Made by a program: the position numbers and the translations under genes
Notes under the pieces: generated by a model
The model's input: the letters and a program-made list of their open reading frames with translations, nothing else
Told to the model about the DNA's origin: nothing
Database searches by the model: none
Assembly: GCA_965197905.1 (NCBI GenBank)
Contig: CBDAOB010000005.1
Coordinates: 1,760,001-1,824,000, forward strand
Reading direction: 5' to 3'
DNA: 64,000 nt
From: Candidatus Latescibacterota bacterium
GTDB lineage: Bacteria; Latescibacterota; UBA2968; UBA8231
Shown: positions 10,373 to 20,922 of the stretch, piece after piece
How the letters are laid out: every line of letters begins with the position of its first letter
Numbering within the stretch: the first letter of the stretch is position 1

Positions 10373-11350
10373 TTAAGCAGGATGTGCCAGAGCCCCAGGA
10401 TTCAAAATAAACAGTGCAACTAGATAAGCTACGCAAAGCGCCATTAGAACTAAGCCCTTCCAACGCTGGAGCTTGTAGCCCATGCGCATCAAGGCAAGCA
10501 TCGAGAAAACAATCACCAACATCGCTGGGAACATGAAGTGAATCACCTCGGTGCTCACGGTCAGCGGATTGGCGACCGCGGAGGCTCCGGCAATCCAGCA
10601 GATGTTGAGCACGTCGGCTCCCAGAATATTGCCGGCGGCCAGACTTCCCTGGCCTTTGCGCGCCGCCACCACACACGATGCAACCTCGGGAATCGATGTG
10701 CCCAGAGCGATCATGGTGAGGGCAACTACAATGTCCGGCACTCCGAGTCCGGCCGCGACCACGGGAGCGGCGTCAACAATCCATTCAGAGGACAAGATAA
10801 CGCCAGCTAAACCTAAAAAAAACAGAATGATGCGCCGATTGGCGTGGGGATGCTCCGAGACGGAGTCCGCCGCATCTCCGGCGTGGCCGCGACGCTTCTG
10901 TTCCCAGTACAGGAAATACAGATACCCCAGAAACCCTGCCACGAGTACCAACCCCTCCCGGCGACTAAGGGTGCCGTCGAAACACAGACCGTACGCAACC
11001 AGATCGACGGCAATCAGGAATATGGCGGTTGACCGGAGCACCGAGCGGTCGATGGCAATGGCGGCGGGCGCCAGGAGGGCGGCTAACGGAAGCGCAACGC
11101 CGTCGTCGTATATCACCGAACCGACGGCGTTTCCAAGGGCAAACTCGGCCTCTCCAGAAAGAGCGGCGTTTATTGAAACAGCGAGTTCCGGAGCGGTGGT
11201 TCCCAGACTCATTATCACGATTCCAATGAGCATGGGCGGAGCCTGAAGGCGCCGGGCGAGCTCAACCGCCCCGTCGACGAACCAGTCGGCACATTTTGCC
11301 AACAGGACAAACGCCACCGCCATGAGCGCCAGAGCCTGCCAGAACCCCAT
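10373..11350 (-). CDS. Calcium/sodium antiporter (YrbG/CaCA family)
   Basis: Two alpha repeats GTTAPE...GNAVGS and GTSIPE...GNILGA; start placed at MGFWQ. Confidence 0.92.
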   Translation of the reverse strand: MGFWQALALMAVAFVLLAKCADWFVDGAVELARRLQAPPMLIGIVIMSLGTTAPELAVSINAALSGEAEFALGNAVGSVIYDDGVALPLAALLAPAAIAIDRSVLRSTAIFLIAVDLVAYGLCFDGTLSRREGLVLVAGFLGYLYFLYWEQKRRGHAGDAADSVSEHPHANRRIILFFLGLAGVILSSEWIVDAAPVVAAGLGVPDIVVALTMIALGTSIPEVASCVVAARKGQGSLAAGNILGADVLNICWIAGASAVANPLTVSTEVIHFMFPAMLVIVFSMLALMRMGYKLQRWKGLVLMALCVAYLVALFILNPGALAHPA

Positions 11351-11600
11351 TGACTCCGAACCCGCTTCGATGTCCACCTCCCCAGGCTGTGCAACCTTGG
11401 CTGTCGAAAAATCGCGCCCAATGATATCGAACGACCCCGTAGATGTCAAGAATTCGCAAAAAGTTGCGATTATAGATACTACTTCATATCATTTCATATA
11501 ATTTTCTTTGGAATATGTGATGAGAATCACAAAACTGATCCTGTAGATTGCCGATATATAGTGTAGAGGCGCAGCGATCTTTTCCGACAGGACGGGTGCC

Positions 11601-11855
11601 ATGTTTGACTACTTTTTGACTTCCATTCTCCAGATAATCCTGGTATTGGACGTTCTCGCCGTCATCGCCTATTTCGTTTTAGGCGGCTTGAAACGGAAGT
11701 CCGATGCCGAATTTGGTCGATCTGGCTTCAGGGATTTCTTACCATCTCTCTCTGGACGCTGGCCATGGCACCGCGAACCCGCGGTCCCGGCGCGGGCGGC
11801 CGACTTCGCCGATCTGCGCAACGTCTTACACAGCTTCGGGGACGGTCTCGCCTGA
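11601..11855 (+). CDS. Small membrane hypothetical protein
   Basis: 84 aa, N-terminal TM, AGGA upstream, preceded by an AT-rich divergent intergenic region. Confidence 0.55.
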   Translation: MFDYFLTSILQIILVLDVLAVIAYFVLGGLKRKSDAEFGRSGFRDFLPSLSGRWPWHREPAVPARAADFADLRNVLHSFGDGLA

Positions 11856-12073
11856 TTCAGCGACCAAATCCCAGACTTTCAAGGCCTCCAGTTCCAACTA
11901 CGCCTCTGGCTCTGACGGAGTCGTAAACCTCTCCCGGTCGCGGGCTGGAGGCCTTGTCATATTCGCCCGGCTATCCCCACCACCCCTCCTTTGTAATAAT
12001 TACCCTTGCTTTTAGGTTTTTATTACTTAATTTTAATACGAGATTCTTCAACGAGGAGGCGGATGGTCTTATA

Positions 12074-13327
12074 ATGGACGCGAATGAGCTTAGTGGTCAG
12101 ACCGTGATGATAGCGGTCTCCGGAGGGCTGGATAGTTGTTGCATTACACACTGGCTGGCCGCACAGCATGTGAAGGTTGTCGCCTTCACCGCCGATCTTG
12201 GCCAACCGGATGAAAAGAATATCGAGGATGTGCGGGAGCGGATGCTGGCGTGTGGAGCGAGCGAAATGATCATTGCAGATCTGAAGAAGGAGATCTGCGA
12301 CGCAGGAATAAAGCTCATTCAGTCACAAGCCACCTATGAGGGAGGCTATTGGAACACTACGGGCATCGCCAGGCATGTAGTCGTGGAAGCGATGCTCCCC
12401 TTTATGAGCGATCGCGGGATCGAGATTTTGTCCCACGGCTGCACAGGTCGGGGAAACGATCAGGTCCGCTTCCAACTGGCGTCGCAGATGCTCGATCCCC
12501 GGGTCCGGGTCTACGCTCCTTGGCGCGACCCGTCCTTTCTCGAACAGTTCGGGGGACGCAAGGAGATGATCGATTATTGCACCGAGCACAACCTCCCCAT
12601 ACGGGCATCTCATGACTCGCCCTACTCAACCGACGCCAACATGCTGGGATTGACCCATGAAGCCGGTGAACTGGAATCGTTGCGCACCCCGGCTTCGAGA
12701 ATTGACCCCGGAATGGGTGTGTTCCCCCAGAAGGCGCCGGACCGGGCTGAGGTGTTCGAGATTCGGTTCAGCGAGGGATATCCGGTCTCGGTAAATGGGG
12801 CGGAGGTGACCGGAATGGAGGCGCTTTTGCGCGGCAACGAAATCGGCGGCCGCCACGGCATCGGCATCGGCTTGCACGCCGTCGAAAACAGGTTCGTCGG
12901 CATAAAATCACGCGGGATCTACGAGGCTCCCGGAATGGAGCTCCTGGGAAAGTGCTACGAACACCTGCTGCAGCTGGTGCTTGATCGGCGCACGAGGCGG
13001 ATCTACTCGGCCATATCGAGGCACCTTGCGGAGCAGATATACGAGGGATACTGGTTTGATACGGCGACCCAGGCTTCCTGGCGGTTCGTGGAGCACCTCA
13101 ATCGCCTGATGACCGGTACCGTGGCCGTTTCGCTTTACAAAGGCAACGTATCGTTCCATAGGGCGACTGACGCGCCCCACTCACTCTACAGTGAATCCAC
13201 GGCGTCCATGGAAGATGTCGGCGATTTCGACCATGTCGACTCTGAAGGTTTCCTGGGCGTTTTGGGCATCAGTGCGCGGGCTTTGAACGTGGCCGGACAG
13301 ACGGGTAACGACGATCTCAAAGGGTGA
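12074..13327 (+). CDS. argG: Argininosuccinate synthase
   Basis: SGGLDS, HGCTGRGNDQVRF, YSTDANM, VENRFVGIKSRGIYEAPG. Confidence 0.97.
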   Translation: MDANELSGQTVMIAVSGGLDSCCITHWLAAQHVKVVAFTADLGQPDEKNIEDVRERMLACGASEMIIADLKKEICDAGIKLIQSQATYEGGYWNTTGIARHVVVEAMLPFMSDRGIEILSHGCTGRGNDQVRFQLASQMLDPRVRVYAPWRDPSFLEQFGGRKEMIDYCTEHNLPIRASHDSPYSTDANMLGLTHEAGELESLRTPASRIDPGMGVFPQKAPDRAEVFEIRFSEGYPVSVNGAEVTGMEALLRGNEIGGRHGIGIGLHAVENRFVGIKSRGIYEAPGMELLGKCYEHLLQLVLDRRTRRIYSAISRHLAEQIYEGYWFDTATQASWRFVEHLNRLMTGTVAVSLYKGNVSFHRATDAPHSLYSESTASMEDVGDFDHVDSEGFLGVLGISARALNVAGQTGNDDLKG

Positions 13328-14210
13328 ACAGCGGCTCGATGAGATCGTAGAGTACGTTCAGCTCCGCGACGTCGTGATCATCGAGGGTGCCGCTTGCGCC
13401 GCGCACCGCAGCCGCGCGGATGATACCACGTCGACGCAGGACCTCCTTGTAGACGGCGACCGACATCACCCTTTCGAAGTTGATGAGGGGCAGCAAACGA
13501 TTGAAGAGCGCGCGGCCCTCGTGCATTTCGCCGTTTTCCAGATGATTCCATATGCGAACGATGACGTCGGTAGTGTGACACGAGGGCATATTGCCGGCAG
13601 CACCCCGAGCATATTCATCCAATAACCAGATACATCCGTTACCCCCAAAAACCCCTTTGCAGGCGGCGCCAGCCGCCTCGATAGTCTCGCCAATCTTGCG
13701 GGGTTCGGGCATGGTCTCCTCTTTGATATACTGCACCTGCTCGAGTTCGACACACATCTTCTTAAGGAGATCGGGGGCCATAGGGGTGCCCACCGGACCC
13801 ATGAAATTCTGGATGCATATCGGAATTGCTACAACGTCGGAGATATGCTTGAAGAATTGGTAACACCCTTCTCCGCTGAGCTGTTGAGCCGGAGGCGGCA
13901 TCGCCATTACACCGGCGGCCCCCACTTCCTGGGCATAGAGTCCAAGATTGGCCGCCGGTATAGCATGTCCAGAGGTAACCGTAGCGACAAATGGGACGGA
14001 ACCGGACGCCCTAGCGACCACCTCGATCCACTTCTTCTTCTCCTCGTCTGAAAGGGTGTTGAATTCACTCGCCACCGCCGGCCCCACCAGTCCGTGTGCG
14101 CCCGATTCGATATTGAAACGCACGACCGCGGCCAACCCCTCCTCGTCCAACCTTCCATCCTCGTGGAACGGCGTCAGAACTATCGGAAATATCCCTCTCC
14201 AGCTGTTCAT
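13317..14210 (-). CDS. Dihydrodipicolinate synthase (DapA)-like class I aldolase family protein
   Basis: GIFPIVLTPF, SEFNTLSDEE, YIKEE Schiff-base Lys; SD AAGGAGAGG. Confidence 0.88.
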   Translation of the reverse strand: MNSWRGIFPIVLTPFHEDGRLDEEGLAAVVRFNIESGAHGLVGPAVASEFNTLSDEEKKKWIEVVARASGSVPFVATVTSGHAIPAANLGLYAQEVGAAGVMAMPPPAQQLSGEGCYQFFKHISDVVAIPICIQNFMGPVGTPMAPDLLKKMCVELEQVQYIKEETMPEPRKIGETIEAAGAACKGVFGGNGCIWLLDEYARGAAGNMPSCHTTDVIVRIWNHLENGEMHEGRALFNRLLPLINFERVMSVAVYKEVLRRRGIIRAAAVRGASGTLDDHDVAELNVLYDLIEPLFTL

Positions 14211-14257
14211 CAATCCTCTCCTTGAACATGCGGACCGAACTCGTAGTGGCAGACCCG

Positions 14258-15019
14258 TTACAACCGGCGAGCCCTCCATATCTGCTCGCCGTATCCATTG
14301 AAGGCGCCCCCGTCGAAGTCTCCCAGAAGCTCTACTACTTCGAAACCGCAACGCTCCAAAAGGTATTCGATCTCGTAGCGAAAGGAATAACGCAAAATCA
14401 GCAGCGAGCGCGTCCGTGAAACAACCCGATCACGCGCGTCGATCTCCTCGAAGAGGAGCTCTTGTTCGATGATCTGCATCTCTGGATCGTATTCCCTTGC
14501 ATACCAAACTACCACCCGGTTGCCCGTACTCTTTTGAATGAAGTCCGTATCCTTTTTCAGGACCGGGGTCGCTGCAGCCGTACCAAACTCCATTTGAGGA
14601 TCAAAGATATTGAATGCCAGCTCGCCCCCAGGAATGAGGTGCTCCCTGATGGTTGCCAGAACGTCATGCTGATCTGCAGGGCTTAAGAGATGCTGAAAGG
14701 TCCGATAGGGCACGATAATCAGACCGAACTGACGATCGAACTCGAAGCGGGACATATCGGCGGCCGTCAGTCTGCAATTCTCTGGCCCACCCGGCACTCT
14801 CGCGAGCTTTTCGCGGGCTATCTCCAAAAGCTGAGGGTCGACATCGAGGCCCCAAATCTCGATGCCGGCGGAGGCGATCGGCGCAAGGATTCGTCCGGTC
14901 CCGCAGCCCAGTTCCAGAACTCCATCGTCGGTGTTGCTTGCGCACCCGAGGTAGTAGTCCAGATCGCCCGGAACCCCGGTGAAATACTCATCGTAATACA
15001 GGCTGTTGTAGCTATTCAT
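14258..15019 (-). CDS. Class I SAM-dependent methyltransferase
   Basis: VLELGCGTGR motif I. Confidence 0.9.
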   Translation of the reverse strand: MNSYNSLYYDEYFTGVPGDLDYYLGCASNTDDGVLELGCGTGRILAPIASAGIEIWGLDVDPQLLEIAREKLARVPGGPENCRLTAADMSRFEFDRQFGLIIVPYRTFQHLLSPADQHDVLATIREHLIPGGELAFNIFDPQMEFGTAAATPVLKKDTDFIQKSTGNRVVVWYAREYDPEMQIIEQELLFEEIDARDRVVSRTRSLLILRYSFRYEIEYLLERCGFEVVELLGDFDGGAFNGYGEQIWRARRL

Positions 15020-15201
15020 GGGCGGTCGCGGTGGCGACGATCACATGCGCAACAATGCAGGGCGTGCCGAAACGCGCCATTTGCGAGGGGAGCTCGTTGT
15101 GTGGAAATGATCCCGCAGCGGACGAAACTCGTGCGGTCGCGGAGTTAATCGCCGAGTCTCGACCAGCTATGGATGGACGGTCCCGATCTGTACCAGGAGA
15201 T

Positions 15202-16182
15202 TCAGTTGAGCAAATCCTGCACGACCGACTTTTCTTCGCGCAGCTCCGCGGTGGTTGCCGCCAGCTTCTCCTTGGCAAAATCACTGAGGTCGACCCCATC
15301 AACCACCGAACGGGTGCCCTTGCCATCGCTGGTAAGCGGAAAGGAGAAGATCAAACCGGGATCCACCCCATAGCTTCCATCGGATTCGATAGCACCGGAG
15401 AACCAGTCCCCTTCGGGGGTCCTGCTTTCACAACTCTTGATATGGTCGAGTGCGGCGTTGGCTGCCGATGCCGCTGACGACAAGCCGCGCGCGGCGATAA
15501 CCTCAGCGCCCCGCTGTTGCACCACCTGAATGAATTCGTTTTGTAACCACGAGACATGGCCGATTACCTCCGGCACCGGCCGACCATTGATACGTGCGTT
15601 CTCGGCGTCGGGGTATTGCGTGGCGCTATGATTGCCCCAAATGGTAACGTTTGATACAGATTCCACTGAAGTTCCCGCCTTGGCCGCCAATTGCGCCGCA
15701 GCTCGATTTTGATCGAGGCGGGTCATGGCATAAAATCGATCGTTGGGAACGGAACTGTTGTTCATAGCGATCAAGCAATTGGTATTCGCCGGATTACCAA
15801 CCACGAGAACGCGGACGTCGTCCGCTCCGCGCTCGAGGGCAGCTCCCTGACCGACAAATATCGGTCCATTCTCCTTAATGAGATCGCCCCTCTCCATGCC
15901 GGCGCCCCGCGGCTTGGCTCCAATCATAAGTGCCCAGTTGACGCCGTCGAAAGCTACCTCGTTGGAATCGGAGATAGATACCTCGTCCAAGAGTGGAAAG
16001 GCACAGTCGTCAAGCTCCATCACCACTCCTTCCAACGCCTTTAGGGCGGGCGTGATCTCAAGCAGGCTGAGCTTGACTCTCGTATCCCCCCCGAATACCT
16101 CGCCGGATGCGAGGCGCGGCAAGATGGCGTAGCCGATTTGTCCGGCTGCCCCCGTTACTACCACTTTGACTGTTCGGGCCAT
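15202..16182 (-). CDS. mdh: Malate dehydrogenase
   Basis: [49 protein letters not shown]. Confidence 0.97.
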   Translation of the reverse strand: MARTVKVVVTGAAGQIGYAILPRLASGEVFGGDTRVKLSLLEITPALKALEGVVMELDDCAFPLLDEVSISDSNEVAFDGVNWALMIGAKPRGAGMERGDLIKENGPIFVGQGAALERGADDVRVLVVGNPANTNCLIAMNNSSVPNDRFYAMTRLDQNRAAAQLAAKAGTSVESVSNVTIWGNHSATQYPDAENARINGRPVPEVIGHVSWLQNEFIQVVQQRGAEVIAARGLSSAASAANAALDHIKSCESRTPEGDWFSGAIESDGSYGVDPGLIFSFPLTSDGKGTRSVVDGVDLSDFAKEKLAATTAELREEKSVVQDLLN

Positions 16183-16362
16183 CGTTGGGCGTTCCTCCTC
16201 CTGTCTCTGTGAATCGGCGCTACAATCTGAACAAAAATGGGAATTTTGGCAATTCCGCAACCGGCGTCTGCCGCCAGGCGCGATGGGGCAAATGCGCAAA
16301 TTCTGGCCCTCGAAGGTAAGGGATACGCCAGGGTTTGATGGGCGTCTGAGAGCGAGATTCTA

Positions 16363-16390
16363 TTGACATTCGACCCCGCCCCTCTATCTT
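16363..16390 (+). promoter_or_regulatory. Sigma70-type promoter of tRNA-Tyr
   Basis: TTGACA-16 bp-TATCTT ending 33 bp upstream of the tRNA. Confidence 0.7.
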
Positions 16391-16423
16391 ATTCCGCTGC
16401 CAAAATTCGACTGCTCCGGAGCA

Positions 16424-16509
16424 GGGGGGATACCAAAGCGGTCAAATGGGGTAGACTGTAAATCTACTGGCTTATGCCTTCGCAGGTTCGAGTCCTGCTC
16501 CCCCCACCA
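16424..16509 (+). tRNA. tRNA-Tyr (GTA)
   Basis: Acceptor GGGGGGA/TCCCCCC + A-CCA; anticodon arm GTAGA-CTGTAAA-TCTAC; long variable arm; T arm GCAGG-TTCGAGT-CCTGC. Confidence 0.97.
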
Positions 16510-16519
16510 CTGAGAATCC

Positions 16520-16551
16520 AGGGGATCGCACAAACATGTGATCCCCTTTTT
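16520..16551 (+). terminator. Intrinsic terminator after tRNA-Tyr
   Basis: AGGGGATCGCA/TGTGATCCCCT stem followed by a T run. Confidence 0.8.
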
Positions 16552-16559
16552 CATGCCCG

Positions 16560-16580
16560 TGACCCAATCATGACCCAATC
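16560..16580 (+). repeat. Tandem 10-bp direct repeat TGACCCAATC (possible integrase arm-type sites)
   Basis: Copies at 16560-16569 and 16571-16580; inverted TGACC copies at 23387-23391 and 23400-23404. Confidence 0.5.
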
Positions 16581-16745
16581 GGCCGATTTTTTTTGATTAT
16601 TTTTCTTCAAGATACGTCTCCAAATGACGCACCCGCACTCGCATCAATCTCCGACGAGTACGGCAGGAATCTTCCCCGCTTTGGTACATCGCATGAATAG
16701 CGTACGTTACAGAAAACGAGCGCGAATTCAGAAGGGCAAACAGCA

Positions 16746-17789
16746 ATGCCGACCAAGACCCCACAGGAACTTCACAGCCTGGTCACGAGCATCCTCTTAG
16801 CCGTCGGCGCCACCGAGGCAAACGCTAGCCGTGTAGCTGAAGCCCTGGTCTCATCGCACCTGGCCGGCGTCGACCCTCACGGTGTCTTTCACCTTGCAGG
16901 ATACGTGCGCGACATCCGGGATGGCTACCTGGTGCCGACTGCCGTGCCGGAAATCGTTAGCGAGACAACCGCCACTGCGCTGGTCACAGGCAACTGGACC
17001 TTCGGCTTTGTGGCCGCCAAGTACGCCATGGAGCTGGCGATTCAAAAGGCCGAGAAGCAGGGGGTGTCGGTGGTAGGCATCGTGCGGTGCGGTCATATCG
17101 GCCGCCTGGGCGAGTACAACGAGATGGCCGCGGCTGAGGGTATGGTCTCCATGGTCTGGGCCGGCGGCTACTCCGAGGACCAGCAAACGACCATGCCCTA
17201 CGGGGGGCTAAAGCCCATATTGCACACCAATCCGCTATCCATGGGCTTCCCGGCAGGTGATGAGGTGCCGATGATTCTGGACTTCGCCACCACCGGCGTC
17301 AGCGGCTCCAAGGTCGTGCAGGCCAGGGACAGGGGCGAGAAGCTTCCCCCGGGCTGCATCGTCGACAAGGACGGCAATCCCACGACCAACCCCGAGGAGT
17401 TCTTTAACGGCGGCGGGCACCTGCCCTTTGGCGGGCACAAGGGTTACGCCATCATGCTTGCGGTGGAGACCCTCGGTCGGATCCTCACCGGCTCAGACTC
17501 CTATGCTGAGATTCATCGCGGCGGCTTATACAACCGCCACCAGGGTATAACCATAGTCGTCGTCAAGGCCGATGTCTTCCAGCCTCTGGGCGACTTCACC
17601 ACCCGAGTGGACGATTTGGAGCGCCGGATAAGGGCCGTGCCGCCGGCACCCGGTTTCAAGGAAGTCCTCGTCCCCGGAGACCTGGAGAGCCGCTCCCGAG
17701 AGGCCAGGCGTGACGGTATTCCCGTTCCCGACGACGTCTGGAAGGTGCTGACCGACCTTGCGACGGAGGTCGGCGTTCCGGCAGAGTAG
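16746..17789 (+). CDS. Ldh_2 family oxidoreductase (malate/L-lactate/sulfolactate/ureidoglycolate dehydrogenase-like)
   Basis: GVDPHG, GHIGRLG, TNPLS, LDFATT, PFGGHKGY, VLVPG. Confidence 0.92.
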   Translation: MPTKTPQELHSLVTSILLAVGATEANASRVAEALVSSHLAGVDPHGVFHLAGYVRDIRDGYLVPTAVPEIVSETTATALVTGNWTFGFVAAKYAMELAIQKAEKQGVSVVGIVRCGHIGRLGEYNEMAAAEGMVSMVWAGGYSEDQQTTMPYGGLKPILHTNPLSMGFPAGDEVPMILDFATTGVSGSKVVQARDRGEKLPPGCIVDKDGNPTTNPEEFFNGGGHLPFGGHKGYAIMLAVETLGRILTGSDSYAEIHRGGLYNRHQGITIVVVKADVFQPLGDFTTRVDDLERRIRAVPPAPGFKEVLVPGDLESRSREARRDGIPVPDDVWKVLTDLATEVGVPAE

Positions 17790-17798
17790 AGCCCGCGG

Positions 17799-17987
17799 GG
17801 TATTGACGACCTGCTTCACGGCGACGAGAACAGGGTGGTGAAGGTGCCGATGGATATCGCCGAGCCCGTGGTGGAGCAGGCCAGGAAGGTACGGGAGACA
17901 GAGGCGAAGCTGTTCGAGTACCTGGGCAGCCAGTCCGTGACGCTTGAGGGGCTGAAAAGCCACGTCGGCCGTCCTACCAACGCTTGA
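17799..17987 (+). pseudogene. C-terminal fragment of an RraA/HMG-aldolase family protein
   Basis: Manual translation GIDDLLHGDENRVVKVPMDIAEPVVEQARKVRETEAK...*, resembles the PGDxxxGDxxGVVxVP C-terminal motif; N-terminal part absent. Confidence 0.6.
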
Positions 17988-18034
17988 AGCGGCAGAATGG
18001 AGCGGTTGGACACGGTGCAAAGGGCGAAGAGGAG

Positions 18035-20266
18035 ATGGCGACCGCCAAAGTGAAACGCGTGGGCTCTACTGCGCAGAGATCAAAAGAGTTGGCCTATGAG
18101 AAGCGTGTCTGCCGGCTTGAGGACACCGGTTTCCTCTCCTGGTCCAAAAGGTCCGGACACGAGTCTTCCCTTGAAGACGATGTAGCTTTGCTCAGCGAAG
18201 TGGGCTTGGAGGTGCTCGTTGTAGGCACAGAGCTTTTTAAAGAGTTGCCTCATTTCAAGTCAGACCTGATTCCTCCGCCCCCGAATGCCGACTTGGATGT
18301 GATGCCAACGGGCCTGGAACTGCTGCACCAAAAGGGAATCCTGGTGCTCTCATACTATCCGATGAACTGGCCCTCGAAACCGCACAAAGCGACTCATCCC
18401 GAATGGGAGATGAAATATCTGGACGATGGCCGCCCGATACCGGAGAGCCACGGAGTGGTGTGTTTCAACTCTCCTTACCGTGACTGGCTGCCGGAGTATC
18501 TCAGCGAGTATCTCGACAACGTCGACGTGGACGGATTCTATTTTGACGACACGAACTGGGGCTCCCATCAGGGCGAATACCCTCAGATAGAAGGGTATCA
18601 CCTGCATCACTTCGTTTCCTGCTGCTGCCCATACTGCGAGAAGCTCTTCCGAGAAGAAACCGGGCTTGAAATCCCTCGGAAAGTAGACTTCGACTCTTTG
18701 GATTTCCGGCATTTCGTCAACTGGCGCTACTCAACGTTCAGGGGTTTTGTGCATCACGTTTTCCGTCGGGTCAAGGAAAGACACCCGGACGCCATTCTCG
18801 ACCTCAATTGCTACATGACGCAGGCTACGGATTGGGGACTAGGCCATCCGCTCGGCTCGCTTCATCTGGAGGATTTGGGCGGCCACTTTTTCGCGGAGTC
18901 GATAACTGGATCGCTACGCGAGATTTCCTTTGTCGGTAAGATTCTACGGGCAACCGGAACGCCGTTCGCCGTCTTTTGCAACAATGCGCAGACACTAAAG
19001 GGTTTTCGCGGTGCTCCCTATGCCGAACGGTATTCAGCAGCGGTGTTTTCTTTTGCGGCCATAGCCAACGGCGGTCACCCCTGTGGCGATCCCTTTGGTG
19101 GCATCTCGGTGCTACGCAAGGACACCATGAAATGGGTCTACGGCGAGCTCAAGAAGCGAAGAGACTACATACACGGTGAAACCGTCAAGTATATCGCCCT
19201 TCATCTGTCGCAACAGAACAGAGACTTTCGCCCCTCCGAGCTAGCCAAGAACACCGGCAGAATCCATCGCAGGCAGACGGCGCAAAAAGATACTCATGGC
19301 GCGTACGAGATGCTGAACAGGTCTCACCTCCTGCTGGACCTCGTGCTGGATGAGCGCCTCACCTACGAGCATCTATCGCAGTACCCAGTGATTTTTCTCT
19401 CCAATAGCGCCTGCCTCTCCGACCAGCAGTGTGAAGAGTTGAGGAAGGTCGTCAGGGCGGGCGGCACCCTCATCGCCACCCACGAGACTTCCCTTCTGGA
19501 CGAACTGGGTCAGAAGCGGGACGGATTCGCCCTCGCGGATGTTTTCGGAATAGACTATCAAGGCCCTTACGGCGGCGAAGATGGTCACAGCGTAGTGTAT
19601 GTCCCGCAGGAAAAGGAGCTGGCGAGTGAGTTAGGCGACGTCATCTGCTTCTTCGGACAGGGGTCGGCGGTCGAGCCGAGGCCTGATGCCGAGCTGCAAG
19701 TGTTGTGCACCCGAACCAGTTTGGTGAGTCTGCCGGGCAAAGACCTCCTGGAGTGTTTTGATCCGAAGAAAGAGTACGACTCTTCGGTGCCAACGGTGAC
19801 CGCGAATCGGTACGGCAAGGGTCAGGCTATCTACATCGCCGCGGATGTTGGTGGGGCCTACCTGAACAATCCGTACCCGCCTTTGAAACGGTTCATTGCC
19901 AGGCTGGTACAGCGAACGAATCCACCCCTGGAGATCGAGGCACCAGAAGCCATCGAAGTCACCGCTGCCATCAGAGACAGCGGTGAACTGATGATTCACC
20001 TGGTAAACAATCCCACGCCGCTGCTTCCTTGGCGCCGCGATGATGAGCAAGACGCAACCAAATGGGATGAATACAGGAGCAACTTTTTCGCGCTACAGGA
20101 GGTCAACTCGATTCACAACATTCGCGTGCGATTCAATGACTTCAAGGTCAAGTCCGCCAGGCTGCCGTTGCATGACGAGTACCTGGAGGTGACTGGAAAA
20201 CACCACAGCGTCGTGGTGCCAGAAATAGAGTTACACGAGGTACTTCTTGTCGATCTGGAAGATTAG
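18035..20266 (+). CDS. Putative glycoside hydrolase (GHL6/GH42-like TIM barrel + beta-galactosidase trimerisation-like domain)
   Basis: HPEW, CFNSPYRD, DVDGFYFD, CCCPYC, LSNSACLSD, GGTLIATHETSL. Confidence 0.8.
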   Translation: MATAKVKRVGSTAQRSKELAYEKRVCRLEDTGFLSWSKRSGHESSLEDDVALLSEVGLEVLVVGTELFKELPHFKSDLIPPPPNADLDVMPTGLELLHQKGILVLSYYPMNWPSKPHKATHPEWEMKYLDDGRPIPESHGVVCFNSPYRDWLPEYLSEYLDNVDVDGFYFDDTNWGSHQGEYPQIEGYHLHHFVSCCCPYCEKLFREETGLEIPRKVDFDSLDFRHFVNWRYSTFRGFVHHVFRRVKERHPDAILDLNCYMTQATDWGLGHPLGSLHLEDLGGHFFAESITGSLREISFVGKILRATGTPFAVFCNNAQTLKGFRGAPYAERYSAAVFSFAAIANGGHPCGDPFGGISVLRKDTMKWVYGELKKRRDYIHGETVKYIALHLSQQNRDFRPSELAKNTGRIHRRQTAQKDTHGAYEMLNRSHLLLDLVLDERLTYEHLSQYPVIFLSNSACLSDQQCEELRKVVRAGGTLIATHETSLLDELGQKRDGFALADVFGIDYQGPYGGEDGHSVVYVPQEKELASELGDVICFFGQGSAVEPRPDAELQVLCTRTSLVSLPGKDLLECFDPKKEYDSSVPTVTANRYGKGQAIYIAADVGGAYLNNPYPPLKRFIARLVQRTNPPLEIEAPEAIEVTAAIRDSGELMIHLVNNPTPLLPWRRDDEQDATKWDEYRSNFFALQEVNSIHNIRVRFNDFKVKSARLPLHDEYLEVTGKHHSVVVPEIELHEVLLVDLED

Positions 20267-20747
20267 CTGAACCCTGAAGTCTCAGAGTTGCCTACGCTGC
20301 CCTACATCGTTATAGCATAGTTTTGGTTGGTGCCGAGTGACCCAGCTTCCCACATCCGAAACTGATCTGTTCGTCGTCGCAGATTAACAGCAAAACTGAG
20401 CACAGCGAAGGAGCGGGATGACTTCACTGAAGATTGGCCTGTGCGTGGAAGGCCTCCGCATCGGGGTGGAAAACGGAATTCGCCCGTGTCGCCGAGTTGG
20501 GGCTGCCTGCGTGATGCGGAACACTGGTTGGACACGGCTCCAAACCCGCGTACGCGACCTGAAGCCCCGACGCCCGAGATGGTCGTGGCGGACCAAGAGA
20601 AGCTTCGCTCCCTGCCCTCATCGATAGCCAACGCTCGAGCCTACCACGCCCAGGCTCTGGGTGATGTGCCTTTGAGCACCCTTTGCTTCGGATTCACCTT
20701 GTCGAGATCGACCGTATTTCGCCGCCGAAAACCCAGTCAAGAAACCG

Positions 20748-20776
20748 TTGACCCTGCCGCATCAAGTGAGTAAGGT
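20748..20776 (+). promoter_or_regulatory. Possible sigma70-type promoter of the TauD-like gene
   Basis: TTGACC-17 bp-TAAGGT. Confidence 0.35.
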
Positions 20777-20922
20777 CTGTTCACCATGTGCGGCCCGCGT
20801 GGCGGTCGATCCCGCCGTCGAAACGGACCGATGCCCGACGAAGCGAACGATTTCGATTTCACTCAACTGCCGAATTGGGAGGACCTGATTCGTCGGGGCT
20901 CCAACGAGATGACAGAGTGACC

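Noticed and set aside
20270..20920. Short ORFs and hairpins in the 650-bp spacer (possible riboswitch or pseudogene)
   Set aside because: No recognisable protein or RNA family motif by eye; needs BLASTx/Infernal
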